A stretch of DNA of 64,000 bases, from the IMG/VR virus record IMGVR_UViG_3300044970_000539, positions 41,136 to 105,135 of that record; one strand, written 5' to 3'. The position numbers were made by a program, and so were the translations under genes. Positions within the stretch are counted from its first letter, which is position 1, and every line of letters begins with the position of its first letter. Source of the DNA: a virus. Positions 1-9,210 of this stretch are shown one piece after another. The notes under the pieces were generated by a model that made no database searches, was not told the origin of the DNA, and saw nothing but the letters and a program-made list of their open reading frames with translations.

Positions 1-2
1 AA

Positions 3-80
3 AAGGTTCAGGAAGTCATAATTCCAGTAATTATAGTATCAAACATTATTAGTTCTGTTATGTCAACAAGGAGGTTATAA
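3..80 (+). CDS. 3' end of a gene truncated by the window start (hydrophobic C-terminus KVQEVIIPVIIVSNIISSVMSTRRL)
   Basis: Open frame from position 3 to TAA at 78-80. Confidence 0.6.
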   Translation, partial: KVQEVIIPVIIVSNIISSVMSTRRL

Positions 81-84
81 TAGG

Positions 85-555
85 ATGGTTATGAATAAAG
101 TTAAAGAAAGTATAAGGGTGATTTTAGGCAAAATAAAGATGCCTAAAATTGCAATCCCTAAAATAAAAATACCAAGCATTAAAATCCCAAGCATCAAAAT
201 GCCAAAGTTTAAGATGCCAAAAATGTATATGCCAAAGGTAAATATTCCAAAAATATCTATTCCAAAGATTAAAATGCCAAAAATAGATATGGAAAAACTA
301 AAAGCATATGCTGCAAAGTATTTTCCCATTATTAAAAAAGTATTTGAAATTTTGGTAAAGATCGTTAAAGGATTTATCTCATGGCTTTGGAAAGCAGTTA
401 AAGAAAGTATTGCTCAGGTTTGGACACTGCTTGGATTCTTTATTGCATGGCTTACGCTTACGGGAACAGCACAACAGGTAGTTGGAGTGGCAACATTAAT
501 TGCTACTGCTATCTGGCTTATAACAATTCCATTGCGTGAAGAAAAAGAAGACTAA
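85..555 (+). CDS. Membrane protein with N-terminal Lys/Pro pentapeptide repeats
   Basis: ~10 P-[KS]-[IMFV]-x-[IM] repeats followed by two hydrophobic helices. Confidence 0.75.
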   Translation: MVMNKVKESIRVILGKIKMPKIAIPKIKIPSIKIPSIKMPKFKMPKMYMPKVNIPKISIPKIKMPKIDMEKLKAYAAKYFPIIKKVFEILVKIVKGFISWLWKAVKESIAQVWTLLGFFIAWLTLTGTAQQVVGVATLIATAIWLITIPLREEKED

Positions 556-568
556 GATAGTTACTGAT

Positions 569-778
569 ATGAAAAAAATAGCAGCCCTTTTATCAGCAAC
601 AGTATTATCATTAATGTTAACATCTTGTGGTTTACTAGAAAATAGATATCGTTATGATTGCCATGACCCTGAAAACTGGTATAATAAAGAGTGTAATCCA
701 CCAATCTGCCAAGCAGATGGATTATGCACTAAAGACATACTTGGTTTTGATCCTACGGAGGGTAGCGTAAATGAGTAA
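569..778 (+). CDS. Small Cys-rich lipoprotein
   Basis: MKKIAALLSATVLSLMLTSC signal peptide with lipobox; four further Cys. Confidence 0.75.
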   Translation: MKKIAALLSATVLSLMLTSCGLLENRYRYDCHDPENWYNKECNPPICQADGLCTKDILGFDPTEGSVNE

Positions 779-1103
779 AAAAAGATATACATCAGATGAA
801 CTAGATGCACGACTAAAGTTTTTTCTTGGTATGACACTAGGAACAATCTTGTTGTTTACAACAATGGGTATCTTGTATGCCCTTGTTTTTGTAACACAGC
901 CAATTGGAGAGCAGTCAGAAAATGACAAGATGTTCTTCAATGTATTATCATCTGTTGCAACATTTATTACTGGCACACTTGCTGGTATTTTAATTGGCAA
1001 AAATGGCGGGGGTTCAGATAACTCACAGCCTAATCAAGTATCTGAGCCTATGACTAATAGTGTTGTAGATGATCTTGATGACATTGATGATTTTATTGAA
1101 TAA
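771..1103 (+). CDS. Two-TM membrane protein
   Basis: Two hydrophobic segments, acidic tail; overlaps upstream stop. Confidence 0.7.
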   Translation: MSKKRYTSDELDARLKFFLGMTLGTILLFTTMGILYALVFVTQPIGEQSENDKMFFNVLSSVATFITGTLAGILIGKNGGGSDNSQPNQVSEPMTNSVVDDLDDIDDFIE

Positions 1104-1178
1104 ATAATACATTACTTGACGGCCCTCTTTGGGCAATGGTATACTTGATTATAACCTATCTGGAGAGGGCCTACAATT

Positions 1179-1895
1179 TTGTATAATCCGAATTCTGTTC
1201 CAAGTTTTTTTATTAAAGAAGCATCTTCTGGAACTGTAAAAATTGAAAAATATATGAATAGTTTTGGTCTTTATAATAATAACAAGCAATGGATGTGTTA
1301 TCTTAACCATGACTCTGTTATTAAAGAAATGTATTCTTCTTATGATCTAGCACATGGAGACGTTATTGTTTCTGGTTTAGGGTTTGGAATACTTGCTTTA
1401 TGGCTTTGCAGTAAGGAAGAAGTAGATAGCGTTACAGTTATAGAATTTTCATCAGATGTTATAAAATTATTTAAAGATTCAAACATTGTTCCAGATAAAT
1501 TAAACATTGTTAATGCTGATATAAGAAGTTATAATACAGATATAAAGTATGACGTAATGTTGTTAGATCACCATGAACTGGAAGACTTTGATTTTAGGTT
1601 ATTTGACATTGAAGAAATTTCTAACAGAATTAAACATAAGTATATGTGGTCTTGGTCTTTAGAATTAATGTACATATTTAAAATGTATGCAAATGAAGAT
1701 CATAAAGTCCAAGAGAGCCTATGGTACGATCTAACAATTAAATGCGAAAAAGACTTTAGTACACTCTGGAATGATTTTGTAGATAATTTTTTTCCTAAAG
1801 AAGAAATGCTAAAAAATATAAGCAATCAAAAAATAAATGAGTATGTGTATACATACTATAGCCCGAAATTTACCAAGTTTGACTTTTTAAAGTGA
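1179..1895 (+). CDS. SAM-dependent methyltransferase-like protein (spermidine-synthase-like fold)
   Basis: VIVSGLGFG motif I, VTVIE, NADI, YDVMLLD; TTG start uncertain. Confidence 0.6.
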   Translation: MYNPNSVPSFFIKEASSGTVKIEKYMNSFGLYNNNKQWMCYLNHDSVIKEMYSSYDLAHGDVIVSGLGFGILALWLCSKEEVDSVTVIEFSSDVIKLFKDSNIVPDKLNIVNADIRSYNTDIKYDVMLLDHHELEDFDFRLFDIEEISNRIKHKYMWSWSLELMYIFKMYANEDHKVQESLWYDLTIKCEKDFSTLWNDFVDNFFPKEEMLKNISNQKINEYVYTYYSPKFTKFDFLK

Positions 1896-1938
1896 GAACG
1901 GTATACTTAAATATACCTAATCTGGGAGGGGTTTTGTC

Positions 1939-2463
1939 ATGACTTGCATTGTCGCTCTGCGCCATGAAGAAAAAGTTTATATGGCAGGAGATCGTGGAGC
2001 ATCAGATGATGGAGTTATCCTTTCACTTGAATCGCCAAAGGTTTGGAAAGTTGGACCCTATCTAATTGGATATGCTGGCTCAATGGACGGGGATAGAATA
2101 AGACACAACTTCAGACCATCAGCACCTAACATTAAAGACACAGATAGGTTTATGCACACAAAGTTTATTAAAGAACTTCGTGAATTCTATAATGAGTTCT
2201 GGATTGACACATCTAAAGAAGGTGAACTTAGTTTAATTATTGGTATTCGTGGAGAAATCTATGAGCATAGTTCTGGAGATATGTCTTTATCTAAATACTC
2301 TTTGCCATATATGTCTATTGGTTCTGGAGCAGAGTACGCTTATGGGGTTTTGTATGCAACAGATAAACAAAAAAATGCAAGGAACAGAGTAATTCAAGCA
2401 GTATCAGCAGCAATTAAATTTAACCCATCATGCATGGGTCCAATTGACATCATAAGTGCCTAG
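1939..2463 (+). CDS. Ntn-hydrolase, HslV/proteasome beta-subunit-like peptidase
   Basis: N-terminal MTCIVA (Thr nucleophile), MAGD, IGYAGS, SIGSGAEYAYG. Confidence 0.85.
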   Translation: MTCIVALRHEEKVYMAGDRGASDDGVILSLESPKVWKVGPYLIGYAGSMDGDRIRHNFRPSAPNIKDTDRFMHTKFIKELREFYNEFWIDTSKEGELSLIIGIRGEIYEHSSGDMSLSKYSLPYMSIGSGAEYAYGVLYATDKQKNARNRVIQAVSAAIKFNPSCMGPIDIISA

Positions 2464-2478
2464 GAGTATACTTAGTAT

Positions 2479-2700
2479 ATGAACGAAGAATTTGAAGAGA
2501 TCCTAAAGGACATTCAGAATATAGAGTCAAATTTTGATGAGTTTGAAATTTGGCTTGAAAACGGAATTGAACGGGGATGGGTAACTGAACCGTTCTGTAA
2601 TACTCATGAGGGTGATCCCTATATGAATGAAGAAGAACAGAAGGAATGGGAAGAGGGCGGAGACCCTTGCCAAGTAGTAATTAAAATCAAAGAAAACTAA
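2479..2700 (+). CDS. Hypothetical acidic protein
   Basis: ORF; leaderless TATACT-N6-ATG start. Confidence 0.7.
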   Translation: MNEEFEEILKDIQNIESNFDEFEIWLENGIERGWVTEPFCNTHEGDPYMNEEEQKEWEEGGDPCQVVIKIKEN

Positions 2701-2712
2701 CAAGGAGAAACA

Positions 2713-3591
2713 ATGAAGAAAATCGCAGTGGGAATTATTGCAGTACTTAGTTTAGTATTGCTACAACCAGTACAAGCACAACCAAATAAATCAATTGTTA
2801 TTATTGATACAGCAATTGATTCATCTATTCCACAACTAAAGGCAAAACTTGTACAGGAAGTTTGTATTCTTGGAAGCATGGTTTGTCCAAATGGTCAAAA
2901 ATTCCAAGAAGGTACTGGAGCAGCAACTCTTCCATCAGCACAAGCACTAAAGGGTGGATTTGAACATGGAACGATTATGGCACTTATTGCTAATAAGGTT
3001 AATCCAGATGTTGATCTTATCTTTATCAGAATTGCTGGTATGACAAAGCGTGGAACAATGGATACATATAGTATTACTGAAGTGGAAAAGGCTCTTACAT
3101 GGGTAGTCAACAACAAGCAAAAGTACAATATTGTTTCAGTTTCTGCTTCACAAGGAAACCATAATATAAGAACTGGACTAAATTATTGCCCAATTAGAGC
3201 AACTCATTCACAACTTATTGGAAACATTGATAAGTTGTCTTCCGTTGGAGTTGCAACCATGTTTGCTGCTGGAAACCAAAGAGACTATTCAAGAATTAAC
3301 TTTCCAGCATGTATTACACAGGCTGTAGCAGTAGGTGGAGCAACAGAAGATAATGCAATGGCTCCATACTCAAATGCTGCACCAGAGGTAGACTTTTACG
3401 CTCTTGGAGCATTTGACACACAGGTTGGTAGGTCAGTTGGAACATCTGCAGCAACTGCAGCATTTTCTGCACACTGGGCTAAAAATTACAAGGGTACATA
3501 TCAATCAACTTATGATTACTTTGTATCAGTATCTAAGTCAGCAGTAGGAAGATCAACTACAACTAATAGGCTTGTAAGTCTTTTAGGTTAA
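2713..3591 (+). CDS. Secreted subtilisin-like (S8) serine protease
   Basis: Signal peptide; IIDT, HGT, AAGN, GTS catalytic motifs; AGGAG RBS. Confidence 0.85.
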   Translation: MKKIAVGIIAVLSLVLLQPVQAQPNKSIVIIDTAIDSSIPQLKAKLVQEVCILGSMVCPNGQKFQEGTGAATLPSAQALKGGFEHGTIMALIANKVNPDVDLIFIRIAGMTKRGTMDTYSITEVEKALTWVVNNKQKYNIVSVSASQGNHNIRTGLNYCPIRATHSQLIGNIDKLSSVGVATMFAAGNQRDYSRINFPACITQAVAVGGATEDNAMAPYSNAAPEVDFYALGAFDTQVGRSVGTSAATAAFSAHWAKNYKGTYQSTYDYFVSVSKSAVGRSTTTNRLVSLLG

Positions 3592-3598
3592 TTGGTTT

Positions 3599-3671
3599 TG
3601 GTCTGTAACTCAGATGGTAGAGTGCCGAACTGTTAATTCGGATGTCGCAGGATCGATACCTGCCAGACCAG
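3599..3671 (+). tRNA. tRNA-Asn(GTT)
   Basis: Acceptor TGGTCTG/CAGACCA; anticodon arm CCGAA-CTGTTAA-TTCGG; T-arm GCAGG/CCTGC. Confidence 0.9.
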
Positions 3672-3676
3672 CAAAA

Positions 3677-3750
3677 GCGAGTGTTGCATAATGGTAGTGC
3701 TTCTGCCTTCCAAGCAGATGGTGCCAGTTCAATTCTGGTCACTCGCTCCA
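3677..3750 (+). tRNA. tRNA-Gly(TCC)
   Basis: GCGAGTG/CACTCGC; TCTGC-CTTCCAA-GCAGA; encoded CCA. Confidence 0.92.
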
Positions 3751-3751
3751 G

Positions 3752-3823
3752 GGCCCTATCTTCTAGTGGTTAGGATACCAGGCTTTCATCTTGGTGAGCA
3801 GAGTTCAATTCTCTGTAGGGCTA
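3752..3823 (+). tRNA. tRNA-Glu(TTC)
   Basis: GGCCCTA/TAGGGCT; CCAGG-CTTTCAT-CTTGG; TTCAATT T-loop. Confidence 0.9.
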
Positions 3824-3897
3824 CAAAAGTTTGATATAATATATATGTACCTGCCAAATGGGGGTACATTAACTTATTCGCTTGAAAGGGGAATAAA

Positions 3898-4326
3898 ATG
3901 GTAGTAACACATGCAATGGATCTATTCAATGATCCTTTTTTTATTGGGTTTAACAGAGAGTTAGCCCGTTTGAATACAGCACATAAAACAAATTCACAAT
4001 CATACCCTCCGTATGATCTTCTTAAACTAGATGAAGATACATATAGAATCTCTTTGGCTGTTGCTGGATTTTCCAGGGAAAATATTGATATCTCAGTAGA
4101 CAATGGAACTCTTATTATTAAGGGTGAGATTGTAGAGGTAGTAGACGCTGAAGTGGTTCATAAGGGCATTGCTGGTCGTAAATTTGTACGATCATTTGCT
4201 CTTGGAGAATATATGGAAGTAACTGGTGCAGAAATGAAGGATGGTATGCTGCATATTAATGTAGATCGTATTATTCCTGAAGATAAAAAGCCAAAAACTA
4301 TTGAAATCAAACTTGCTAAAAAGTAG
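3898..4326 (+). CDS. hsp20: Small heat-shock protein (Hsp20/IbpA family)
   Basis: YPPYDL, LAVAGF, HKGIAGRKFVRSF, DGMLHI, KPKTIEI. Confidence 0.93.
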   Translation: MVVTHAMDLFNDPFFIGFNRELARLNTAHKTNSQSYPPYDLLKLDEDTYRISLAVAGFSRENIDISVDNGTLIIKGEIVEVVDAEVVHKGIAGRKFVRSFALGEYMEVTGAEMKDGMLHINVDRIIPEDKKPKTIEIKLAKK

Positions 4327-4347
4327 TATATAGGCTATAATTGTATA

Positions 4348-4378
4348 AGAGACCTAGGCATGTCTTTATAAACTGCCC
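4348..4378 (+). ncRNA. Conserved H-type pseudoknot element, copy 1
   Basis: AGAGAC-CTAGGCAT-GTCTTT-ATAAAC-TGCCC. Confidence 0.6.
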
Positions 4379-4399
4379 CTTAATATTAGGAGATAAAAA

Positions 4400-5203
4400 A
4401 TGGCAGCAAAGGGTAGTCTAGAAGCAATCATTGAGGTTGCAAAGAAAGAAGTAGGAACTATTGAAGGTCCTAAAGATAACGAGACAAAGTATGGTAAATG
4501 GACTGGAATGAACTTCCAACCGTGGTGCCAATCATTTGTTTCGTGGTGTGCATTCACATCTGGTTTAGATGCAAAGAAGTATCCAAAGTCTGCATCAACA
4601 GTAGCAGCATCAGATTGGTTTAAAAAGAATGATCGCTGGGCAGATGCTCGTAATGATGATCCAACTCCAGGAGACTGGATTTATTTTGATTTTCCAGAAG
4701 ATGGTGTAAACCGTATTTCACATGTTGGTATTTGTATTAAAAATAATGGAAACGGAACTATCCAAGTTATTGAAGGCAACACTTCAGGAACTGCAAAGGG
4801 AGACCAAAGAAATGGCGGAATGTGCGTAGAAAAGACTCGTGCATACGTTAAGGAAAATAAGTTAAAACTTATCAATGGAATTGTTGGTTGGGGTCGTCCA
4901 GTTTATGCTGGTGAAGAAAACCTTCCACTTCTTTCTAAGGTTGGATCATCTGATGCTCCAGTTAAAAAATCTGCTCCAGCCTCTTCAACACCTTCAGCAC
5001 CTGCAGTTAAGAAAGAGTTTAAGCAGTTTAAAGAAGGAGCAAAAGGTTCACCTGTTAAAAAGATTCAAGAAGCACTTGGCTTAAAGGCTGATGGAGTTTT
5101 TGGTCCAGGAACATCTAAAGCAGTTAAAGATTTTCAATCTAAGTCTAAACTTCCAGCAACTGGAATTGTAGATTTAAAAACATATAAGGCTATTTTGAAG
5201 TAA
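4400..5203 (+). CDS. Endolysin: CHAP amidase plus C-terminal peptidoglycan-binding domain
   Basis: PWCQSFVSW, HVGI, IEGNT; ADGVFGPGTSKAVKDFQ...TGIVD. Confidence 0.9.
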   Translation: MAAKGSLEAIIEVAKKEVGTIEGPKDNETKYGKWTGMNFQPWCQSFVSWCAFTSGLDAKKYPKSASTVAASDWFKKNDRWADARNDDPTPGDWIYFDFPEDGVNRISHVGICIKNNGNGTIQVIEGNTSGTAKGDQRNGGMCVEKTRAYVKENKLKLINGIVGWGRPVYAGEENLPLLSKVGSSDAPVKKSAPASSTPSAPAVKKEFKQFKEGAKGSPVKKIQEALGLKADGVFGPGTSKAVKDFQSKSKLPATGIVDLKTYKAILK

Positions 5204-5388
5204 TGCCAGTATATGAATACAAATGCACAGGACAATGTTCTGAAATTGTAATCAAACAAAGATCTATTAAGGATAGCGATCCAGGGTATGAGTGTGAAAC
5301 TTGCACTCTACCACTGGAACGTGTATACTCTAATGTAACAGCAGTATTCAACGGTAGTGGATTTTATTCCACTGATAACAGAAAGTAG
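5203..5388 (+). CDS. FmdB-family zinc-ribbon protein
   Basis: MPVYEYKC...CETC...FNGSGFYSTD. Confidence 0.85.
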   Translation: MPVYEYKCTGQCSEIVIKQRSIKDSDPGYECETCTLPLERVYSNVTAVFNGSGFYSTDNRK

Positions 5389-5397
5389 CGGTATACT

Positions 5398-5652
5398 ATG
5401 AACATGACAATGACAAAAGAAGTTGTTCAAGAAGAGTGGATTTTAAATGCAACAGACAGATGTGATGCTTGTGCAGCAGAAGCCCTTGTAAAGGTAACTG
5501 GATTATCTGGAGACTTAATGTTTTGTGGACATCACTACAACAAGATTATGGATAATAAAGAAGGGTATAAGAAGATGATTTCTTTTGCACTTTCAGTTGT
5601 TGATGAACGACATAAACTTATTGAAAACAAGTCAAAGGGGCAAGATTACTAA
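5398..5652 (+). CDS. Small Zn-binding hypothetical protein (actinobacterial type)
   Basis: DRCDAC...LMFCGHH. Confidence 0.7.
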   Translation: MNMTMTKEVVQEEWILNATDRCDACAAEALVKVTGLSGDLMFCGHHYNKIMDNKEGYKKMISFALSVVDERHKLIENKSKGQDY

Positions 5653-6059
5653 TGTATGAATACTATGTAAGAAAAGTAGAGAACGTAGTAGATGGAGACA
5701 CTATTGACGTTATTATTGATTTAGGGTTTGATATCTTGTTTGCATCTCGTGTAAGGTTGGCTGGGATCGATACCCCAGAGTCTCGCACAAAAGATCTTGC
5801 TGAAAAGGCTCTTGGACTTGAAGCCAAGGAGTACTTAAAGAAGTCTTTAAAGGACGCTAAGTCTGTTGTTATTAAGACTGAGAAGATGGACTCATCTGAA
5901 AAGTATGGTCGTATTTTAGGTTGGGTATATGTAGATGACAACACTGTTTCACTTAACGACATGATGATTAATGATGGCTATGCCTGGGGATATCTTGGAG
6001 ATACAAAGGTTAAAGATTTTACAGCCCTTGCAAAAGCCAGAAAAAAGTCTGGAAAATGA
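5652..6059 (+). CDS. Thermonuclease (SNase-like)
   Basis: VVDGDTID, RVRLAGIDTPE, KYGRILG. Confidence 0.92.
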   Translation: MYEYYVRKVENVVDGDTIDVIIDLGFDILFASRVRLAGIDTPESRTKDLAEKALGLEAKEYLKKSLKDAKSVVIKTEKMDSSEKYGRILGWVYVDDNTVSLNDMMINDGYAWGYLGDTKVKDFTALAKARKKSGK

Positions 6060-6913
6060 AAAAAAATTTAACTTTGGCAAAAATAATAAAAGAAAATAGT
6101 TTTTCTAATTTTACAGAATTTGAAAAAATAATATCAATGAAATACACTAATTTTTTTAACGCCAAAATAAAAGAAAAAGAACTTAATAAAAATTTTATAG
6201 AACCAAATAATTTAATTTTTATGAATGATGGATATGCAGAAATAGACGAAAATGGTTATCCTTACGATTCACAAAAAATAAAAAATATTTTATTAAATCC
6301 AAAATTTATTCAATTTAAATATCAAATAAATTTATACAAAAGATTATTAAATTTTGCTGATATTCAAAACAATAAAAATGTAAAAGTTTTAATAGATGTA
6401 GGTTGCGGTAAAGGTGGAGGAATTTCTTTTTATAAACAGTTTTATAATTTTGATAAATGTATTGGAATTGATTTAACTAAAATAAATATAGAGTTAGCAA
6501 AACAACACGAAAAAAATGTTTCTTTTTATGTTGCTTCTGCAACTAATCTTCCTATAAATGATAAAACAGTAGATGTAATCACATCTGTTGAATCTTTGAT
6601 GTATTACGACCCACTTATCAAATTTATTGAAGAGGCTAGGCGAGTTCTAAAAAACAATGGGAAATTTTTAATATCAATGCCATTGACCGAACAAGAAGAA
6701 AATAACTTAGAAGAGTCATTTACTAACAATGGGTTTATATTAAGTAAAAAAGAAGATATAACAGAAAATGTAAGAATGGCTTGTGCAATATCAAAAAATA
6801 GGTTTAGAAATTCTTCATTTCAAGAATCAGAAATTATGAGAAATGATGAAGAGAGATATTTCAACAAAACCGTATTTTACAAAAATTTTGTATTTATTAA
6901 AAAGGGCGATTAA
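6056..6913 (+). CDS. Class I SAM-dependent methyltransferase (very AT-rich, moron-like)
   Basis: LIDVGCGKGG, IGIDL, ATNLP, RVLKNNGKF. Confidence 0.85.
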   Translation: MKKNLTLAKIIKENSFSNFTEFEKIISMKYTNFFNAKIKEKELNKNFIEPNNLIFMNDGYAEIDENGYPYDSQKIKNILLNPKFIQFKYQINLYKRLLNFADIQNNKNVKVLIDVGCGKGGGISFYKQFYNFDKCIGIDLTKINIELAKQHEKNVSFYVASATNLPINDKTVDVITSVESLMYYDPLIKFIEEARRVLKNNGKFLISMPLTEQEENNLEESFTNNGFILSKKEDITENVRMACAISKNRFRNSSFQESEIMRNDEERYFNKTVFYKNFVFIKKGD

Positions 6914-6915
6914 AA

Positions 6916-7143
6916 TTGATGGATATAAAAAGTCAAGCCTTATTAGAGCATTTAATTATTCAAGGTGCAATTGAGATATCTGGTATTGATCAATCTGGTG
7001 AGATGACATACTCAATTACTGATAAGTTACAAGAGGTTCATCCAGAACTATACATGCAACTTAAAGATGAGTTTGAACATAACATGTTTGAAATGATAGA
7101 TCAAGGACCAAAGGTTATGACGTGGAAGATTAGGACAAGATAA
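6916..7143 (+). CDS. Hypothetical protein (paralogue of 7394..7723)
   Basis: Shared LI.GA.E..G.D...GE..Y.IT.K.QEV.P..Y motif. Confidence 0.7.
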   Translation: MMDIKSQALLEHLIIQGAIEISGIDQSGEMTYSITDKLQEVHPELYMQLKDEFEHNMFEMIDQGPKVMTWKIRTR

Positions 7144-7401
7144 ATGAATATGATTCTTTATTTTACTGCTGATTGGTGTAACCCTTGTAAAAAAACAAAG
7201 CCAATTGTTGAAGAGTTAAATCGTGAACAAATTATGGCTAAATTCTTTATAGTTGACGTTGATTCAGAGATTGAGATGACTAAAGATTTTGAGATTAGAT
7301 CTGTTCCTACTTTTGTAGTAATGAAGGATAATACTGAGATTTATCGTGTAACTGGTGCACAAACAAGGCAACAGTTAGAGGAGTTAATTAGATATGAATA
7401 A
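7144..7401 (+). CDS. Thioredoxin
   Basis: FTADWCNPCK, IRSVPTF. Confidence 0.92.
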   Translation: MNMILYFTADWCNPCKKTKPIVEELNREQIMAKFFIVDVDSEIEMTKDFEIRSVPTFVVMKDNTEIYRVTGAQTRQQLEELIRYE

Positions 7402-7723
7402 CAATGAAGATGAACTAATCAAAAATCTTATACTTGAAGGTGCCCTAGAAGTGGCTGGAGTAGATTCAGAAACAAATGAACTTTTGTATACTATTACTCC
7501 AAAAATGCAAGAGGTCATGCCAGATATGTATGAAGACCACCTAACTCAAGTAAATAGGGATCTTTTAAATTTATGGGAAAAGGGTTATGTTAATATTGAT
7601 TTTTTACTAGCAGATCCAGTAGTTACAATATCTGAAAAAGGTCTTGATAAGGCTGAGGTTGCTAAATTAACCAAGCCAGAAATCTGGGCACTAGAAGAGG
7701 TAAAGAGATTACTAAAAAGGTAA
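7394..7723 (+). CDS. Hypothetical protein
   Basis: ORF; paralogue of 6916..7143. Confidence 0.75.
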   Translation: MNNNEDELIKNLILEGALEVAGVDSETNELLYTITPKMQEVMPDMYEDHLTQVNRDLLNLWEKGYVNIDFLLADPVVTISEKGLDKAEVAKLTKPEIWALEEVKRLLKR

Positions 7724-7761
7724 AGTCTGATATAATCAGTATATAAACTAGGAGGATTGTT

Positions 7762-8511
7762 ATGCCATACAGAGTTGGAGCCAAAGGTTCTTTTGGGTGT
7801 TCTGGATACCCTGCACTAAAAGAAGGCACAAATGAAGTTATGGGTTGCCACACAACCCGTGCTGAGGCTGCTGCACAGATTTATGCAATCAATCGCTCTG
7901 AAGGCAACATAGGGAAAAGTATGAATGAAATTAAAGAGGGTGATTTCGTTATGGGAATGACCTCTGAAGGAATGGTTCACGGAATTGTTGAGCACATTAT
8001 GATAGAAGGCGGAGTCTATGGGGTTCCTGGAACAGAATATGCAATTCAGTCTATGCCACCAGAAAATCCAGCAATGGCTGTTAGAATTTATGAAGAAGAA
8101 GATGGTAAGTGGGAGCCAACCGCATATAGTATTGGAATGATGTACAAGGATGCACAGGTTGTAGATATAAACAACCACACTATGGAAGATGATAAAGAAG
8201 AAATGGATTCAGAAGTTGCAATGGCAATGTATGATTCATCAATTGGAAAATCAGAAGAAAAGGAAGATGAAATGGAAAAAGCAAAAAAGCCTAACTATGG
8301 TGAAATGATTCAACCACGTCGTGGTGGATCAACACCTTCTAATCCAAGACTTTATGCAAGAGTTGTGCAGGCAGCAAAAGATAAATTTGATGTGTATCCA
8401 TCTGCAGTTGCAAACTCTTGGGTTGTTCAAGAATACAAGCGTCGTGGTGGAACATATAAGTCTGAAAAATCAGCAGAGTTGGATAATTTTTGGAATGGAT
8501 TTTTAAAATAA
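7762..8511 (+). CDS. Hypothetical protein, possible internal head protein
   Basis: GGAGG RBS; C-terminal YPSA.AN.WVVQEYKRRGGTY domain; KS/KA motifs. Confidence 0.7.
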   Translation: MPYRVGAKGSFGCSGYPALKEGTNEVMGCHTTRAEAAAQIYAINRSEGNIGKSMNEIKEGDFVMGMTSEGMVHGIVEHIMIEGGVYGVPGTEYAIQSMPPENPAMAVRIYEEEDGKWEPTAYSIGMMYKDAQVVDINNHTMEDDKEEMDSEVAMAMYDSSIGKSEEKEDEMEKAKKPNYGEMIQPRRGGSTPSNPRLYARVVQAAKDKFDVYPSAVANSWVVQEYKRRGGTYKSEKSAELDNFWNGFLK

Positions 8512-8645
8512 TGCCAAAGAAAAAAGCACAATCATTTAATGCAACACAAATCAAAGATGGAAAGATTGTACGCATGAATAAAAACGGTACAGTTAAATCT
8601 ATTATTGGTCCTTATGAAGTGAAGCATCCAAAGAAGGGTAAGTAA
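8511..8645 (+). CDS. Small basic hypothetical protein (44 aa)
   Basis: TAATG overlaps with both neighbours. Confidence 0.6.
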   Translation: MPKKKAQSFNATQIKDGKIVRMNKNGTVKSIIGPYEVKHPKKGK

Positions 8646-9016
8646 TGGCAGATACATATTCACCTAATGCAGGCATGAAGGCTGCTGCAAGACGTGCTTT
8701 GAAGTGGAAAGAAGATGGAAAGGCAACAGGGGCTGGAACTCCAGTAGGTTGGGGCAGAGCAACAGATATTGTTAGCGGTGCATCTATGTCTCTTGATACT
8801 GTCAAAAGAATGTACTCTTTCTTTTCACGTCATGAAGTAGATAAAAAAGGTAAAGGTTTCTTTGATGGACCAGAGTTTCCATCAAATGGAAGAATAATGT
8901 GGGACGCATGGGGCGGAGATGCAGGTTTTGCATGGAGTCGTGCTATCGTTGAACGTGAAAAAAATAAAACAGAAAAGGTTTGGCAAGGAAGTCCATTTAG
9001 TTTTAAGGGGGAATAA
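8645..9016 (+). CDS. Hypothetical protein, possible head-associated protein
   Basis: TVKRMYSFFSRH...WDAWGGDAG domain typical of phage head-region proteins. Confidence 0.7.
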   Translation: MADTYSPNAGMKAAARRALKWKEDGKATGAGTPVGWGRATDIVSGASMSLDTVKRMYSFFSRHEVDKKGKGFFDGPEFPSNGRIMWDAWGGDAGFAWSRAIVEREKNKTEKVWQGSPFSFKGE

Positions 9017-9018
9017 AT

Positions 9019-9198
9019 ATGGAAGATTTAACGATTGATGAATTAAGACAACTTCTGACATTCTACAAGCAAAGAGCGTCAGACGTAGAGTTTACATTCT
9101 TACAGACACAGATAAAACTAAATAAGTTTATATCTGATCAATTAATTTCAGATCAAAATGTTTCAAAAAAAGAAACACCAGAAAAAACAACTAAATAA
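9019..9198 (+). CDS. Small coiled-coil hypothetical protein
   Basis: GGGGGA RBS; 59-aa ORF. Confidence 0.6.
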   Translation: MEDLTIDELRQLLTFYKQRASDVEFTFLQTQIKLNKFISDQLISDQNVSKKETPEKTTK

Positions 9199-9210
9199 TT
9201 AGGAGAAAAG

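Noticed and set aside
75-329. Antisense ORF with GI(F/L) repeats
   Set aside because: Mirror of the PKIKI repeats on the plus-strand gene; no RBS or operon context
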